Positions 11,690 to 23,395 are shown, counted from the first letter of the stretch. The stretch: 39,863 nt of DNA from Octopus bimaculoides (GCF_001194135.2 NC_068986.1:64402864-64442726), one strand, 5' to 3'. Translations and numbers: made by a program. The notes: generated by a model not told the origin, from the letters alone.

Positions 11690-11850
11690 AAAATTGTTTG
11701 ACTTGCCAGAAATAACAGCCAAATCTCCCCCAAATGACACTTAACTGGCTTAAGAAAAGAAAAAAAAAAAGATGGATGGTCATAGCTGAAACGTCTTTGA
11801 TCATAGGTCTCCTCGATCAATGATGTTTTCCAGTTAAACAACAACGTCAA
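11690..11850 (+). mobile_element. Interspersed repeat family C, 3' end with (CAA) tail
   Basis: gacttgccagaaataacagccaaatctcc...ggtcatagctg...tttgatcataggtc...aaacaacaac; similar ends at 20755-20830 and, in reverse, 24225-24290. Confidence 0.6.
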
Positions 11851-12543
11851 TAAAAAAAATTGGTGTTGATAATTGTAACTTATGTGCAAGCAATATTGTA
11901 TATTCGGTTATATTTCAATGACGCAAAGATATAGATTCAGAAAAAAGTCATAACAAAAACAAATGATGAAATAAACGCAAAAGACATGTTGGTGTGATGT
12001 TAGATGCAACTGGAGACACTAGGGTTTAGGGCTGAGGTGTTCATCTGAGAAGAAGCATTAGTCTCTACTTCATCTTACAGCACATAACACCAAAAATAGA
12101 TTGACAGTTATTTCATTTCTTGAAACGCATAGTTGAAATGAGAAATATTTTGGATATTGTTTACATCAGAGTTGTTCTAGAGTATTGATAAATTAAACAT
12201 TGGTCTGGGATGAAGAGTCTATTTCTCGAAAGAATTTTGTGTATGATACAAGTTTCGGAAAGGCATTCTAGTTAAAGTATAGTGGAGCATATACCTACAT
12301 TTATGGTGTTAAGAGATTATAATAGGACATCTCCCCCACTATATAATTAGAAACATTGATTACGAGTATATATTTTAAAAAATCTAAAGCTGGGTTATCA
12401 TTACACACAAGCGCAGCAAGCACAAGTTCGAGAGTTGTCCGTTTCCTGAATATAACGCTCTTGCTGTCGCTACCTTCTCAGCTTTTAATAGTTTCCTAGT
12501 TGACAAAAACTAAGAATCGTTGTCGAGTTCATAGCACACTTAC

Positions 12544-12590
12544 CATTTTGGGACTGATAAGGCGCGAACGTATTTACGAATCAGGTAGCT
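12544..12590 (-). other. Candidate first exon of a minus-strand gene ending in the start codon
   Basis: Minus strand reads CAAA-ATG|GTAAGT (ATG 12546-12544, donor 12543-12538). TATAAA lies at 12620-12615, 30 nt before a CA at 12590. CpG-enriched context. No downstream exon identified. Confidence 0.45.
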
Positions 12591-12660
12591 GTCGTTCAAT
12601 TGCTCAATTGTGTGTTTATAAAAGAGCAATAATCGATAGTCGATAAAGTGAAACCATGTG
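12591..12660. promoter_or_regulatory. Candidate bidirectional core promoter
   Basis: Overlapping TATAAA (minus, 12620-12615) and TATAAAAG (plus, 12617-12624); two DRE-like ATCGATA/GTCGATA motifs at 12632-12645. Confidence 0.35.
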
Positions 12661-13762
12661 GTTTTCTTATTATTAACTAGCAACTAGCTAATTCAATTTC
12701 ACGTGTCATGAAAGGAAATTATGTACGGATTCTTTGAGTGATCTGCGCTGAAACAGATATTTAAAGTTACAAAACGGCAAGTATGACCTATAAGGAACAG
12801 TTAAAGAATCAGCAGAAGCATAGACATATAATCAGAGACTTCCCGTGGATAGGGGTCTATTGACGTAAAGATAAATTTACTTAGCTTGAAAGGATGTTTT
12901 TATTTCTCCTCCCACGCCATAGAGAACTTACCAGAAACTTTGGTAAAACGGAAATAATTCTTACATATAGGAACACAGTTTTATTTTAGCAGCTGAAAAG
13001 AGACAAGTTATTCACCAGATTATGGTGACATTGCACACATTAGGTGTGTGCAGCATTTCAAAGCTAGGTTTGTCAAAACGTTTATGTGAATGAGAAACTT
13101 TCCTTGGTGATGTTTTCCTTTGCGTGTCTTCACCATAATTTTTATGTTAAATGAATGTATATTCCAGCATTGATGAAACATATATTCTTTATTACAGATT
13201 AAAGAAAGAAAACACGCCTAAAATTATAGTTTTGTCGCAATACAAAAGATTTCAGAGCGGATTTTTTCCTGCGTGTGATAGCATTTAGCAAAAATTCTTT
13301 TGTGTTTTGGTAAAATAACAATAGGAAGTGTTCTCCACTTATAAATTTAATGTCTGTTTTTTGTATGTGACAAAAATACAACTATATTCTGAATTTTATT
13401 AAATTTTTCGTTTTGTTATGGGCTAAATTTGCCAAATCTGGTCTGAAAAGCGTGAGAAAATATATTTATTAGTATATTTTCCCACATAGCAACCAAATAC
13501 TAATTTCTTACTCGAATAACACAAATCAAATTTATAGAGAGGAGTAATTGGACTTATGCATTATACCTCTCCAAAGTATATTAGGTAATAGAAAGGAAAT
13601 GGTTACACCCATGAATCAAAATTGAGTTGTGGACTCGTTTCAGAAAGAAACTGACTCTAGAAAACTGTCTAGATCATCATGATATTGATTTCTTTTAATA
13701 TATATATATATACATATATATAATCGACTGCACGTGCCCAATGTGTGTATGTGTGTTGTTTG

Positions 13763-14077
13763 TTCGCCGGTTCGCTGCAGAAAGCGCCTGCAGGAAGAAT
13801 CCCTCATTGCACTCGGTGTTAAAATATCTGAAAGTCATTGACAGGCGAGACAACTCGCCCCAGATCCATATTCAGGAGGAATGGATGCCGATATTTCACC
13901 ATTTTTGTAGCTTATAAACTCACTACCTGAACAGAACCAGGGACGAACTGAATCGCTAGTCTATGACAATTTGGATCTGGAGTGAGTTGTCTCGCCTGTC
14001 TATGACTTTCAGATATTTTAACACCCAATACAATGAGGGGTTATTCCTGCAGGTGCTTTCCGCAGCGAACCAGCGAA
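13763..14077. repeat. Inverted repeat: two about 110-bp arms with a 95-bp spacer
   Basis: Arms 13763-13872 and 13968-14077 differ at 12 positions by manual alignment. Outer ends run into (GTT)/(TG) and (CAA)n/(CA)n tracts. Confidence 0.9.
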
Positions 14078-14094
14078 ACAACAACAACAACAAC

Positions 14095-14155
<61 letters not shown>

Positions 14156-15368
14156 TGGATTCCCTTATCGTGAACGACAAATGAGAGTTCAGAAAGATAA
14201 AGCATTGATCATGTTCTATGGACACAAATGTGTCCCCTGAGGCCTGTTGGTGCCTTGCAAACCTTTTGGCAAATGGAAGAAGTTGAGGACTCAGTTTGCT
14301 TGAGTGCATGTGGATTATTTGCGATGTGCTTTCTTGAGTGGACGGCTAGGCCTGCTTTGTTTCGTGCCACAAAATCACTATAGAAAGTTATGTGTATATT
14401 GTGGGGTGTTTATGCCAATTTTCAGACAATTAGCGACTTAAGCAGAGCAATCTGATTTTGGAAATCAAACTTAGGCCACGCATTCTATATACCTGAGGCA
14501 ATAATCCACTCTAGCCTCTACCTAGGTATCCTAATATACCTAAATGATTAAATAATTAGTAATTAAATCATTAGAATGCATAACTAGACGTGGATAGAGT
14601 GAATACAGTATTCCATACGTTTGCGGTTGTTTCGCTGTTTTGGTATTTATTTAGTGTATCAGAAGCTATTATGCAGGCATCATGTTGAATTAGTACAGAT
14701 GTCTATAAATGACAAAAAGAAATCTTCTTTGAGACCAGCAGAAGCTCACTTGTTTATTCACATATATAATTTTAGTTATTGTAGATTCACTGTATTACTA
14801 CCGCTACTACACTACATTATATCATTCTGATAACCTAGTGGAAGTAAAGGCAAAGAAGTATGTAGGCAAATATCCTGAAACCCTTTCGCTGTTCTAAACA
14901 TATGTTTACAAAATGACGATAAAAAAAATAAGCAGTTCTGACATTAGTGGAAGATGTAAATGTTGATGTCGTGATCTTGATAGAAACGCGCTTTCATCTT
15001 TCTATAACTCATTAATTTGGACATAATGTGTACAGGCATATAAATAATACGTATCAGTACGGGTGAATTATCAAACTTTACTTGTCCCTTTACCAACAGC
15101 CACACACCACATTACTGAACAACTCCTTAGAATGATACTTTACAGCTGGAGATGATGATAGTTTTGGTAAATTCCACCACTACCCTCTTTACATAAATGC
15201 TTGTTTTCACGAGAAAAGCTAATTAACAAGCCCTTCACTATATAACAACGACTTTATATGCAATAAAACTGTGAACATCTCACCACATATGTATGTATGT
15301 ATGTATGTTTGTTTGTTTGTGTGTGTGTGTATGTGGATGTTCGTACGCATCTGTGTATGTATTTATGT

Positions 15369-15407
<39 letters not shown>

Positions 15408-15698
15408 CTTTCTTTTGTAATTATTTAAATTCTTCCTATAAAAAAGAGCTGCTTTCGAACAAAGAAACAAAGTTCCATCTCTGGAATTTAGATTGGCGAA
15501 GACTCACATGAACTTGAGAAAAGTCTTAAGTTTTATACAACTCAGCATATGAACTGTGTTCGTATGTATGCTTGAAGCTTATGTACATGTATGTGTGCAT
15601 GTATGTATGTATGTATGTATGGATGGATGGGTGGATGGATGGATGGATGGATGTATGTATGCATGTATTTCATCATGTATGTATGCATGTATATCGTG

Positions 15699-15920
15699 TG
15701 AGTGCATGGCCTAGTAGCTGGTGTTACAATCATGATCGCAAGATTGTAGTTTCGCTCCCCGGACCGGGCGGTGCGTTGTGTTCTTAAGCAAAACACTTCA
15801 TTTTACGTTGTTCTGCGATCATTTCGACTCTGACGAGTAGCACGCCGTGCACCTATACAGGCAATGTCGATTCGATGGAGCGAGTGAGTTAACCATCTCT
15901 GCAGCTTGTGCAGCAAGAAA
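15699..15920 (+). mobile_element. tRNA-headed SINE family D
   Basis: A-box-like tggcctagtagctgg, decayed B-box, then gcggtgcgttgtgttcttaagcaaaacacttcattttacgttg. Confidence 0.65.
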
Positions 15921-15982
15921 TACATATGTATGTATATATGTATGTCCGTGCGCACGCTTACGTGTATTTATGTCCGTATATG

Positions 15983-16045
<63 letters not shown>

Positions 16046-16731
16046 TAGTAGTAGTAGTAGCAGGCTGCGCTACTAAAAAATCCGAGGTAAATTTTCGTTT
16101 AGGTGTGATACCTCAGAAAGTCCTGCAGGCCGCAGTTCGCGCAGGATTGGGGCAAAGGCCAGCTCGTTGGTCCGAATACTCTCTCATCTGAGTAAATATG
16201 CTGATATTTGACCTTTTGGAAACATATAAGCCCCGTAAACCATTATTTCTCTTTCTCAATATATTTTGTTGCTTCGTGTTTATGTCATTATTTATGAGGT
16301 CATCGCTGAGACACCAGCTGGCCAGTGGCTTATAAGTTTATCACCTTAGATATCTACACTTTTAAATCTGTCATTTGCATTTCATAAAGACCTTTGCTTG
16401 CTAACTGTCTAGTCTTCGTATCTAAATATGTATCATACAGAAAATCTATTGTACATAGTAGAATGGGTTGCAGTAAGTGTTTTTGCGATTATTTAGACTT
16501 AAAAACTGCTATTTAAAGGTAAAACAAGGGGATACTGTAAGAATGTTTGACATTTTGAGGGTTTTTTTTTTTTAGTATTATACCTTCCCTGTGAGCATTT
16601 GCGATACATACGATAGTTAATTAGCTTCAACTGGGAACTGACACCGCATCACTGATCTGATTGGCAAAATATTTAAGTTTCGTTCTACGATAGTTGCCAT
16701 TCAGTGGTGCTTGCAATGTTAGTTTACATAG

Positions 16732-17172
16732 TGGCGCAGGCATGGTAGTATGGCTAAGAAGCTCGCTTCCAAACATAAGGCGTGGTTGTGTGGTAAGAGC
16801 TTGCTTCACAACTACATGGTTCCGGGTTCCTTCCCATTGCGTGACACCACGGGCAAATGTCTTCTACTTTAGCTTCGGGTTGACCAAAGCCTTGTGAGTG
16901 GACTTGGTTGACAGAAACTGAAAGATACCCGTCATATGTGTGTGTGTGTGTGTGTATGTGTGCGTGCGTGTGTGTCTTTGTGCCTGTGTTAGTTCCTCCC
17001 CACCGCTTGACAGCCGGCGTTTGTTTGTTTACGTCCCTGTAACTTAGCGGTTCGGCAAAATAGACCGATAGAATACGTATCAATCTTTACAAAAAATAAT
17101 AATTACTGGTGTCGATAAATCCTTCAAGGCGGTGCCCCAGCATGACCACAGTCTAACAAGTAAAATATAAAA
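16732..17172 (+). mobile_element. SINE family A, full length, with duplicated head
   Basis: A-box gtggttgtgtggtaag, B-box ggttccgggttcc, internal (TG)n and 3' cagcatgacc.cagtc end. An extra A-box unit is at about 16732-16786. Confidence 0.9.
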
Positions 17173-17660
17173 GATATATATATACGTACATATGTATGTA
17201 CATATGTACATATGTATGTACATATGTACATATGTATGTTTCCAGGAAACTGGAATGGAACACTAGTACACATCCCCAACACACCACAACATATGACAGA
17301 AAAAAAATCCCCATAAACTGATAACAATATGAACAAAATATAATGCAATACACAGATAAACAAATGGAATTAAATAACTATATACGTTAACAAAATTAAA
17401 TTAAATACAAACAAAAAAGAAAGAATAGAAAAAATAATAAGTAGGTATAAACACATAAACAAATTAAACGAACGTGTATAAACAGGGGATACAGATAATA
17501 CAGGCAACCCCCCCCCCCATACACACACGCACTTACTAAACATAGACACACATAGGGGGATACGTATGCGCAAATAAAAACACATACAATAGGAATACAA
17601 AATACAAAATGACTGATCGTTAGTAAGGAAAGACACACAAATAAGAAAGAAGAAAGCAAA

Positions 17661-17705
17661 GGACCACTGATGAGGTCACAGAAGTGTGACGAAAGAACTC
17701 TGGCC
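17661..17705 (+). ncRNA. Type I hammerhead HH4
   Basis: Stem I GGACCA/TGGCC (one bulge); CTGATGA 17667-17673; G; perfect stem II GTCACA-GAAG-TGTGAC; GAAA 17691-17694; 2-bp stem III; CUC site, cleavage after 17700. Confidence 0.65.
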
Positions 17706-17764
17706 GAAATACGATTAATGTAAAATAAAGCTGAAGCAAATTAACACCAAATATATAGTGCGTG

Positions 17765-18325
17765 TGATTTTATTGGCTAAACTGGCAACATGACCATCCC
17801 CAAATACCACAAAGTCAAGCAAGGTGAGGAGCAGTGTTTTGCCAGCGTGTCTTCATACTTGCACGAAATTGGTCCTGGTGTTCGAGTTGATTTTGCTCAA
17901 ATGTTTGAACTGAGAAGAAGCAGGACTGGCGCCAGGTCCTGCGTTCTGATGCTTTGTTTTCCCAGGAACAAAAGGGAATGTTGCATCGCTTCAGATTGTC
18001 TTTTAGTTTGTCTTTGAAGCACAAGTGTGGCCTTCCAATTGACCTTCCTGTTGAGAATTGGCCAAAGAGATGTTGCTTCAGAATTCTGATATTACTCATA
18101 CGTGTGAGATGACCTGACCATCTAACCTGTATTTTAATGAGGGTAGCTTCAATACCTGCCATGCTGCATTTTGTAAGTACCTCACTGTTATGAATATGGT
18201 CACTTGGTTTTATATTGGAGATAATACGCAAGCATCGCATATGAAAAGCGTCAAGCTGATTAATGTGCTTTCGGTACAAAGTCCAAAATTCAGCACTATA
18301 AAGCAATGTTGTCATATATATGCCA
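17765..18325 (-). mobile_element. RTE-clade LINE, 5'-truncated 3' fragment (copy 3)
   Basis: ORF 17815..18315: TLLYSAEFW, QLDAFHMRCLRII, RWSGHLTRM, FKDKLKDNLK align with the C-terminal regions of copies 1 and 2. Confidence 0.88.
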
Positions 18326-18542
18326 CCGACCTGTCCAGTTCCTCCTTTCTCTCACTCCCCTATATTTTATCTCATTTTACTTATTTATTAATTTTTTTCT
18401 CTTCTTTCTTCCCTTCAATTACTTATTTCTCCCCTCATTTATATACCCTTCACATACTGTGCCCTCCACACATTCTGATTGAATCGATGCGTCAACATGT
18501 ACCTCCTTGCGAAAATGTAGCCTTTAATCTCATCAAGATATC

Positions 18543-18631
18543 CTTGGCTTGAAGAGTAGCCGGCTGTATACACCTCACTTGGATTTTACCACTTCTGAGG
18601 TTCCATTCGCTATGAAACATATGTAGCCTAG
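18543..18631 (+). ncRNA. Type I hammerhead HH5 with C3-to-U core mutation (extended stem II)
   Basis: Stem I CTTGGC/GCCTAG (one mismatch); TTGAAGA 18549-18555; stem II GTAGC/GCTAT with inner ACCTCA/TGAGGT; GAAA 18614-18617; palindrome ACATATGT; GUA site. Confidence 0.6.
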
Positions 18632-18763
18632 ATTTGCCATACTCTATTCCGTAACTCTTGCATCCTTTTTCGCACACTCAGCAACCCTGGTTGCCTACCG
18701 AGGGACATAAAAAGAACTTTCTTTCAGCTCAGTAGAAGCCAATAAAATATTGTTTGGGATTGT

Positions 18764-19090
18764 GTGCCTCACCAAAACTAAGGATCTCATCTGAAGAATA
18801 CGATGGAAAGCATTCTTCCACGACAATCAAAAATACCGAAGCGATAGTAACACCAACACATACAACCTTCGACCATATAAACACCCTCCCGAACAATATT
18901 TTATATGTTATTTCTATTTTCATTCTCTTATTTCCCTCTATTTTCCATATCTCCTCCTTTTCCATAATAATTCCTTATTTCGAACTCAAACATTTACCTC
19001 GCTCACATCGTCTCTGATGAAGGGATATCCATAATATCCCAGAAACAGCTGTAAGACTATATTTCCTTATAAATGTCCTGAAAACTCCTC
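18764..19090 (+). mobile_element. Penelope-like element fragment: ORF N-terminal relic joined to a hammerhead-containing end
   Basis: CLTKTKDLI*RIRWKAFF (18764-18817) resembles the RMRWKA.FF N-terminal motif I recall from Penelope-like ORFs; followed by a pyrimidine tract and HH6. Confidence 0.55.
19010..19057 (+). ncRNA. Type I hammerhead HH6 (intact-looking)
   Basis: Stem I GTCT/AGAC; CTGATGA 19014-19020; perfect stem II GGGATAT-CCATA-ATATCCC flanked by single As; GAAA 19042-19045; palindrome ACAGCTGT; GUA site, cleavage after 19053. Confidence 0.82.
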
Positions 19091-19384
19091 ACAGCCATGG
19101 CTTTATTATCTGTTTTTGTCTAATATATATATACACACATATGTATGTATATATACACGTATTTATGAACGTCTTTGAAATGCATATTACGTGTTTACCA
19201 TTAGTAAACGACTTATAAAAAGAACAACCGTTACCAAATATATTCCTTTACTGTCTGAGAATGTACTGAAGGACAGCGCTAATATTGACAACTAATTAGC
19301 TCAAAATATAGATATGAAGAAGATCTTTACAGCTGGGACGGTAAAATGAAATGAAACTGAATAGCAGGTTACAGCATGACTATC

Positions 19385-19695
19385 TTTTCCTCTTTTACTT
19401 GTTTCATTCATTAGACTGCGGTCACGCTGGGGCAATATTTTGAAGAGTTTTTAGTCAAATGAATCGATCCCGGTACTTATTTTTGTAAAGACCAGAACTC
19501 ATTCTGTCGGTGTCTTTTGCACAACCGCTATGTTACAGGTACGTAAACACACCAACACCGGTTGTCAAGCGGTGGTGGTGGAAAAAAGCGGATACGAAGA
19601 CACACGCACATACATATATATGTGTGTGTGTGGCGTGCAGAGGGACTGAACTCTGAGCTTTGTGGTTGAGATGCAAACTTACCAAACAATCACGA
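19385..19695 (-). mobile_element. SINE family A, degenerate, internally deleted
   Basis: cttgtttca.tcatt.gactgcgg...acgtaaacacaccaacaccggttgtcaagcg, then a shortened head. Confidence 0.8.
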
Positions 19696-21192
19696 ATCTT
19701 ATTTATTTTCTTAATACTCTTTTCCTCTTTTACTGTCTTCAGTCATCGGAGCGTGCCTATGGCAAACTTCCTNNNNNNNNNNCTCCTCCTCCCTCGTGGT
19801 GGTGGTAATCATCCTCATCTTCATCATGATAATGATCATGATTATGATTTTCATTATCATCATCATCATCAATAACAGCAGCACTAGCAGTAGTAGCAAG
19901 TAAACAGTGCCCGTGCATTCGTTCTTATTTAGTTTATCGATTATTATACGAAATGATTTGATGTGGAACAAATATTTAGCAACGCTATGTGCAATAAGTA
20001 CCATGGTACAAAAATATAGGTTATTTCTGTTATTCGAGTATTTCGTTGGTTTACAGAGCTGAACCATAAAATTTTAAGTGGAGCAAATCTCACACAAGAA
20101 TGAAGAGGTATTGCTACAGAAGCACAAAGTGATTGATTTCCCAACCTCCAGATGGTTGCTTTTCATCGGCATTTTAAATCAGAAGACAAATGGGCGTATT
20201 AAAAACCATAAGTTTCTTTTTCGATGATCTATCAGTTCTACCAATCGATCACAAAATTGATTTTATGACAATCATTCTGTTCTCAAAGCCATTTTGTAGC
20301 ATAGATGAAATAAATAAATTAGAAATAAATAAAATGTCAGGAATTGAAAAAGAAAAACAACTCGTATTTTCAGCTCATCAGGCACCTATTTCTTGCTCTA
20401 TTTATAAACTTAGACCCTGTTTATTTATAAATCCGGTAATAGCTCACAGTTGTATGTTTGATATTTGGGAAAAGAACAAAGCATAAAACTATGAATTTTG
20501 AACGTGTTTTTCTATCTGGGCTCATTGTTGTTACTGTGTTTACCATGATTTATGACTTAGGTCCACGGACGCACAGTTTGGGAGAGAGAGCAGCCATTTA
20601 AAACGAACATTCGCATTTGACTGGTAATTATTTTATCATTCACGGGTAAAATAAATCAATGTTGTTCGTGTGGTCGCTCAACTTACTAGAAATAGTAGTC
20701 AAAGCTGCCTAAGGACGCATAGTTAGTTTACTCAAACATGTTCCTAAAATGCAGAATTGTCACAGCTGGAATACTTTTGATCAGAAGGAATGAAGACTAA
20801 CTAGAGCCCAAACAACAACGCCAGCAACAGCAATCCAATTGACTTCATAACAAAGAAATTCAACGAAGAAATTCAAGAGAATGAAAAGGTTTTTCATATG
20901 CAATACACACGTAAACATCCAGATATCAAAAGTTTTTTCTTCATAGAGTTTCACCTCGAAATAACTTTCGCTTTATGAAATGATAAGTGAGAAAGCAAAC
21001 ATATCAAATAATGTAGGAGGGCGAGAGACGTTGCGTTATCTAAACACACGACTCCCACCTGTAGACACACTGTATACATTTGTAGGCTGGGTTATGTACA
21101 AGTTGGCACGAAGGGTGTGTTTCAGCCCTTTTGTTTACGTTCAGTTTTTTATTCGGGTCTTTTCAGTTTTATGAGAAATTGCGAAGAATATA

Positions 21193-21218
21193 TGCATGTA
21201 TGTATGTATGTATGTATG

Positions 21219-21249
<31 letters not shown>

Positions 21250-21286
21250 GTATGTATGTACGTATGTATGTATGTATGTATGTATG

Positions 21287-21321
<35 letters not shown>

Positions 21322-21478
21322 GTATGTATGCACACACACGTATGGATGTGTATATATATNNNNNNNNNNNNNNNNNNNNNNNNNNNNNNNNNNNNNNNNN
21401 NNNNNNNNNNNNNNNNNNNNNNNNNNNNNNNNNNNNNNNNNNNNNNNNNNNNNNNNNNNNNNNNNNNNNNNNNNNNNN

Positions 21479-21541
<63 letters not shown>

Positions 21542-21620
21542 TACATGCATACATACATACATACACACACATATATCTAAATACACACACACACATATAT
21601 ATACATATAAATATATGTAT
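21193..21620. repeat. (TATG)n/(TA)n/(CA)n microsatellite block spanning N-gap 21360-21478
   Basis: Read directly; source of six spurious ORFs. Confidence 0.95.
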
Positions 21621-22147
21621 GCTTACACATACAGATTTACACATATTAAATCAAACAGTCAAGTAAAATAATAAAAAGAAGGAACAAACAAAAAAACCCC
21701 AAAATACTAAGAAAACAATCCATAACAAATTATATTTGGGACAAGGTAAGAAAAATACAAAAACTACTTTGACGACTCTGCAACGCAAAAATATGTAGAT
21801 TTATCGCAAACAAATACAATACTACTTCTTTCTTCACGTCTGTCAAAGATCTCAAAGTTCATTTCCTTTAAACTGTATATTTTCTAGGCTGCTATTCAAT
21901 CTAAACCTTGTTAGTTTTAAAGGTAAATCAGAATTAATTAAGAACAGGAAAACCTCTTCATTCATTTACAATACACCATTTGCAAGAGGGTATGGGAGTG
22001 TATTATATATATGTATAAAGGGAACAGTTCAGCTGTACTGTTCAAACGATCTGAATCCGGTTTCTTTCTAGCTGCTCTGGTGTTTAAATAAACGCAGGGA
22101 ACTTCTAAACAGAATATGCGCGCGCGCGGATAATTCAAGGATCTAAA

Positions 22148-22189
22148 CATCTATCTATCTATCTATCTATCCATCTATCTATCTATCTA

Positions 22190-22230
<41 letters not shown>
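22148..22230. repeat. (TCTA)n followed by (TCTG)n
   Basis: Read directly. Confidence 0.95.
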
Positions 22231-22445
22231 ATTCTTTTCCTTGTTTCAGTCATTTGACTGCGGCCATGCTGGAGTATTGCCTTTAGTCGAGCAAATCGAC
22301 CCAAAGACTTATTCTTTTGTAAGCGTAGTACTTACTCTATCGGTCTCTTTTGCGGAACCGCTAAGTTACGGGGACGTAAACACACCAGCAACGGTTGTCA
22401 AGCGATGTTGGGTGGACAAACACTGACATACAAAAATACACACAN
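22231..22445 (-). mobile_element. SINE family A, 3' half
   Basis: Reverse-oriented match to family A, ending in (CA)n at the gap. Confidence 0.9.
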
Positions 22446-22730
22446 NNNNNNNNNNNNNNNNNNNNNNNNNNNNNNNNNNNNNNNNNNNNNNNNNNNNNNN
22501 NNNNNNNNNNNNNNNNNNNNNNNNNNNNNNNNNNNNNNNNNNNNNNNNNNNNNNNNNNNNNNNNNNNNNNNNNNNNNNNNNNNNNNNNNNNNNNNNNNNN
22601 NNNNNNNNNNNNNNNNNNNNNNNNNNNNNNNNNNNNNNNNNNNNNNNNNNNNNNNNNNNNNNNNNNNNNNNNNNNNNNNNNNNNNNNNNNNNNNNNNNNN
22701 NNNNNNNNNNNNNNNNNNNNNNNNNNNNNN

Positions 22731-22773
<43 letters not shown>

Positions 22774-22978
22774 TTGTGTGTCTGTGTTTGTACCCCCAAC
22801 ATCGCTTGACAACCGATGTTGGTGTGTTTACGTCCCCGTAACTTAGTGGTTCGGCATAAGGGTCAATAGAATAAGTACTAGCCTTACAAAAAATAAGTCC
22901 TGGGGTCGATTTGCTCGACTAAAGGCGGTGCTCTAGCATGGCCACAGTCAAATGACTGAGACAAGTAAAAGAGTAAAA

Positions 22979-22980
<2 letters not shown>
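22731..22980 (+). mobile_element. SINE family A, 3' half
   Basis: (TG)n then catcgcttgacaaccgatg...gcatggccacagtcaaatgactga. Confidence 0.9.
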
Positions 22981-23016
<36 letters not shown>

Positions 23017-23084
23017 AAAATAAATAAAAGATCAAAAGAATGGGAAAATTTAATCATTATTATTATCAACAATAATAATGAAAA

Positions 23085-23395
23085 TGATTTCAAATTTTGG
23101 CACAAGGCCAGCAATTTCTGGGGAGTGGTTAAGTCGATTACATCGACCATTGCTCAACTGGTACTTATTTTATCGACTCTGAAAGGATGAAAAGGAAAGT
23201 CGACCACGGTGGAATTTGAACTCAGAAAGTAAAGACGGATGAAATGCCGCTAAGAATTTGCCCGCCAACTTTTGGGGAAGTAGATTAGACGTTTATATTA
23301 ACCCTAGTGCTCAACTGGTACGTATTTTATGAACCCCAAAAGGCAAAGTCGACCTCAGCAGTATTTGAACTCAGAACATACAGATGGATGATTCT
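23085..23395 (-). mobile_element. Two tandem partial SINE family B copies
   Basis: ctcaactggtacttattttatcgac...aaagtcgacc...atttgaactcagaa occurs twice (about 23150-23230 and 23310-23375); reverse of 24864-25210. Confidence 0.85.

Noticed and set aside
15146-15166. 21-nt microexon (tacAG...TTG|GTAAAT)
   Set aside because: Weak pyrimidine tract; such matches are frequent by chance in AT-rich DNA.
18660-18720. HDV-like ribozyme on the minus strand (TCCCTCG, CGAA)
   Set aside because: P1 and P3 could not be formed.
20190-20486. 98-aa ORF
   Set aside because: No recognisable motif or splice context. The minus-strand CTGATGAGCTGAAA inside it leaves no room for a hammerhead stem II.
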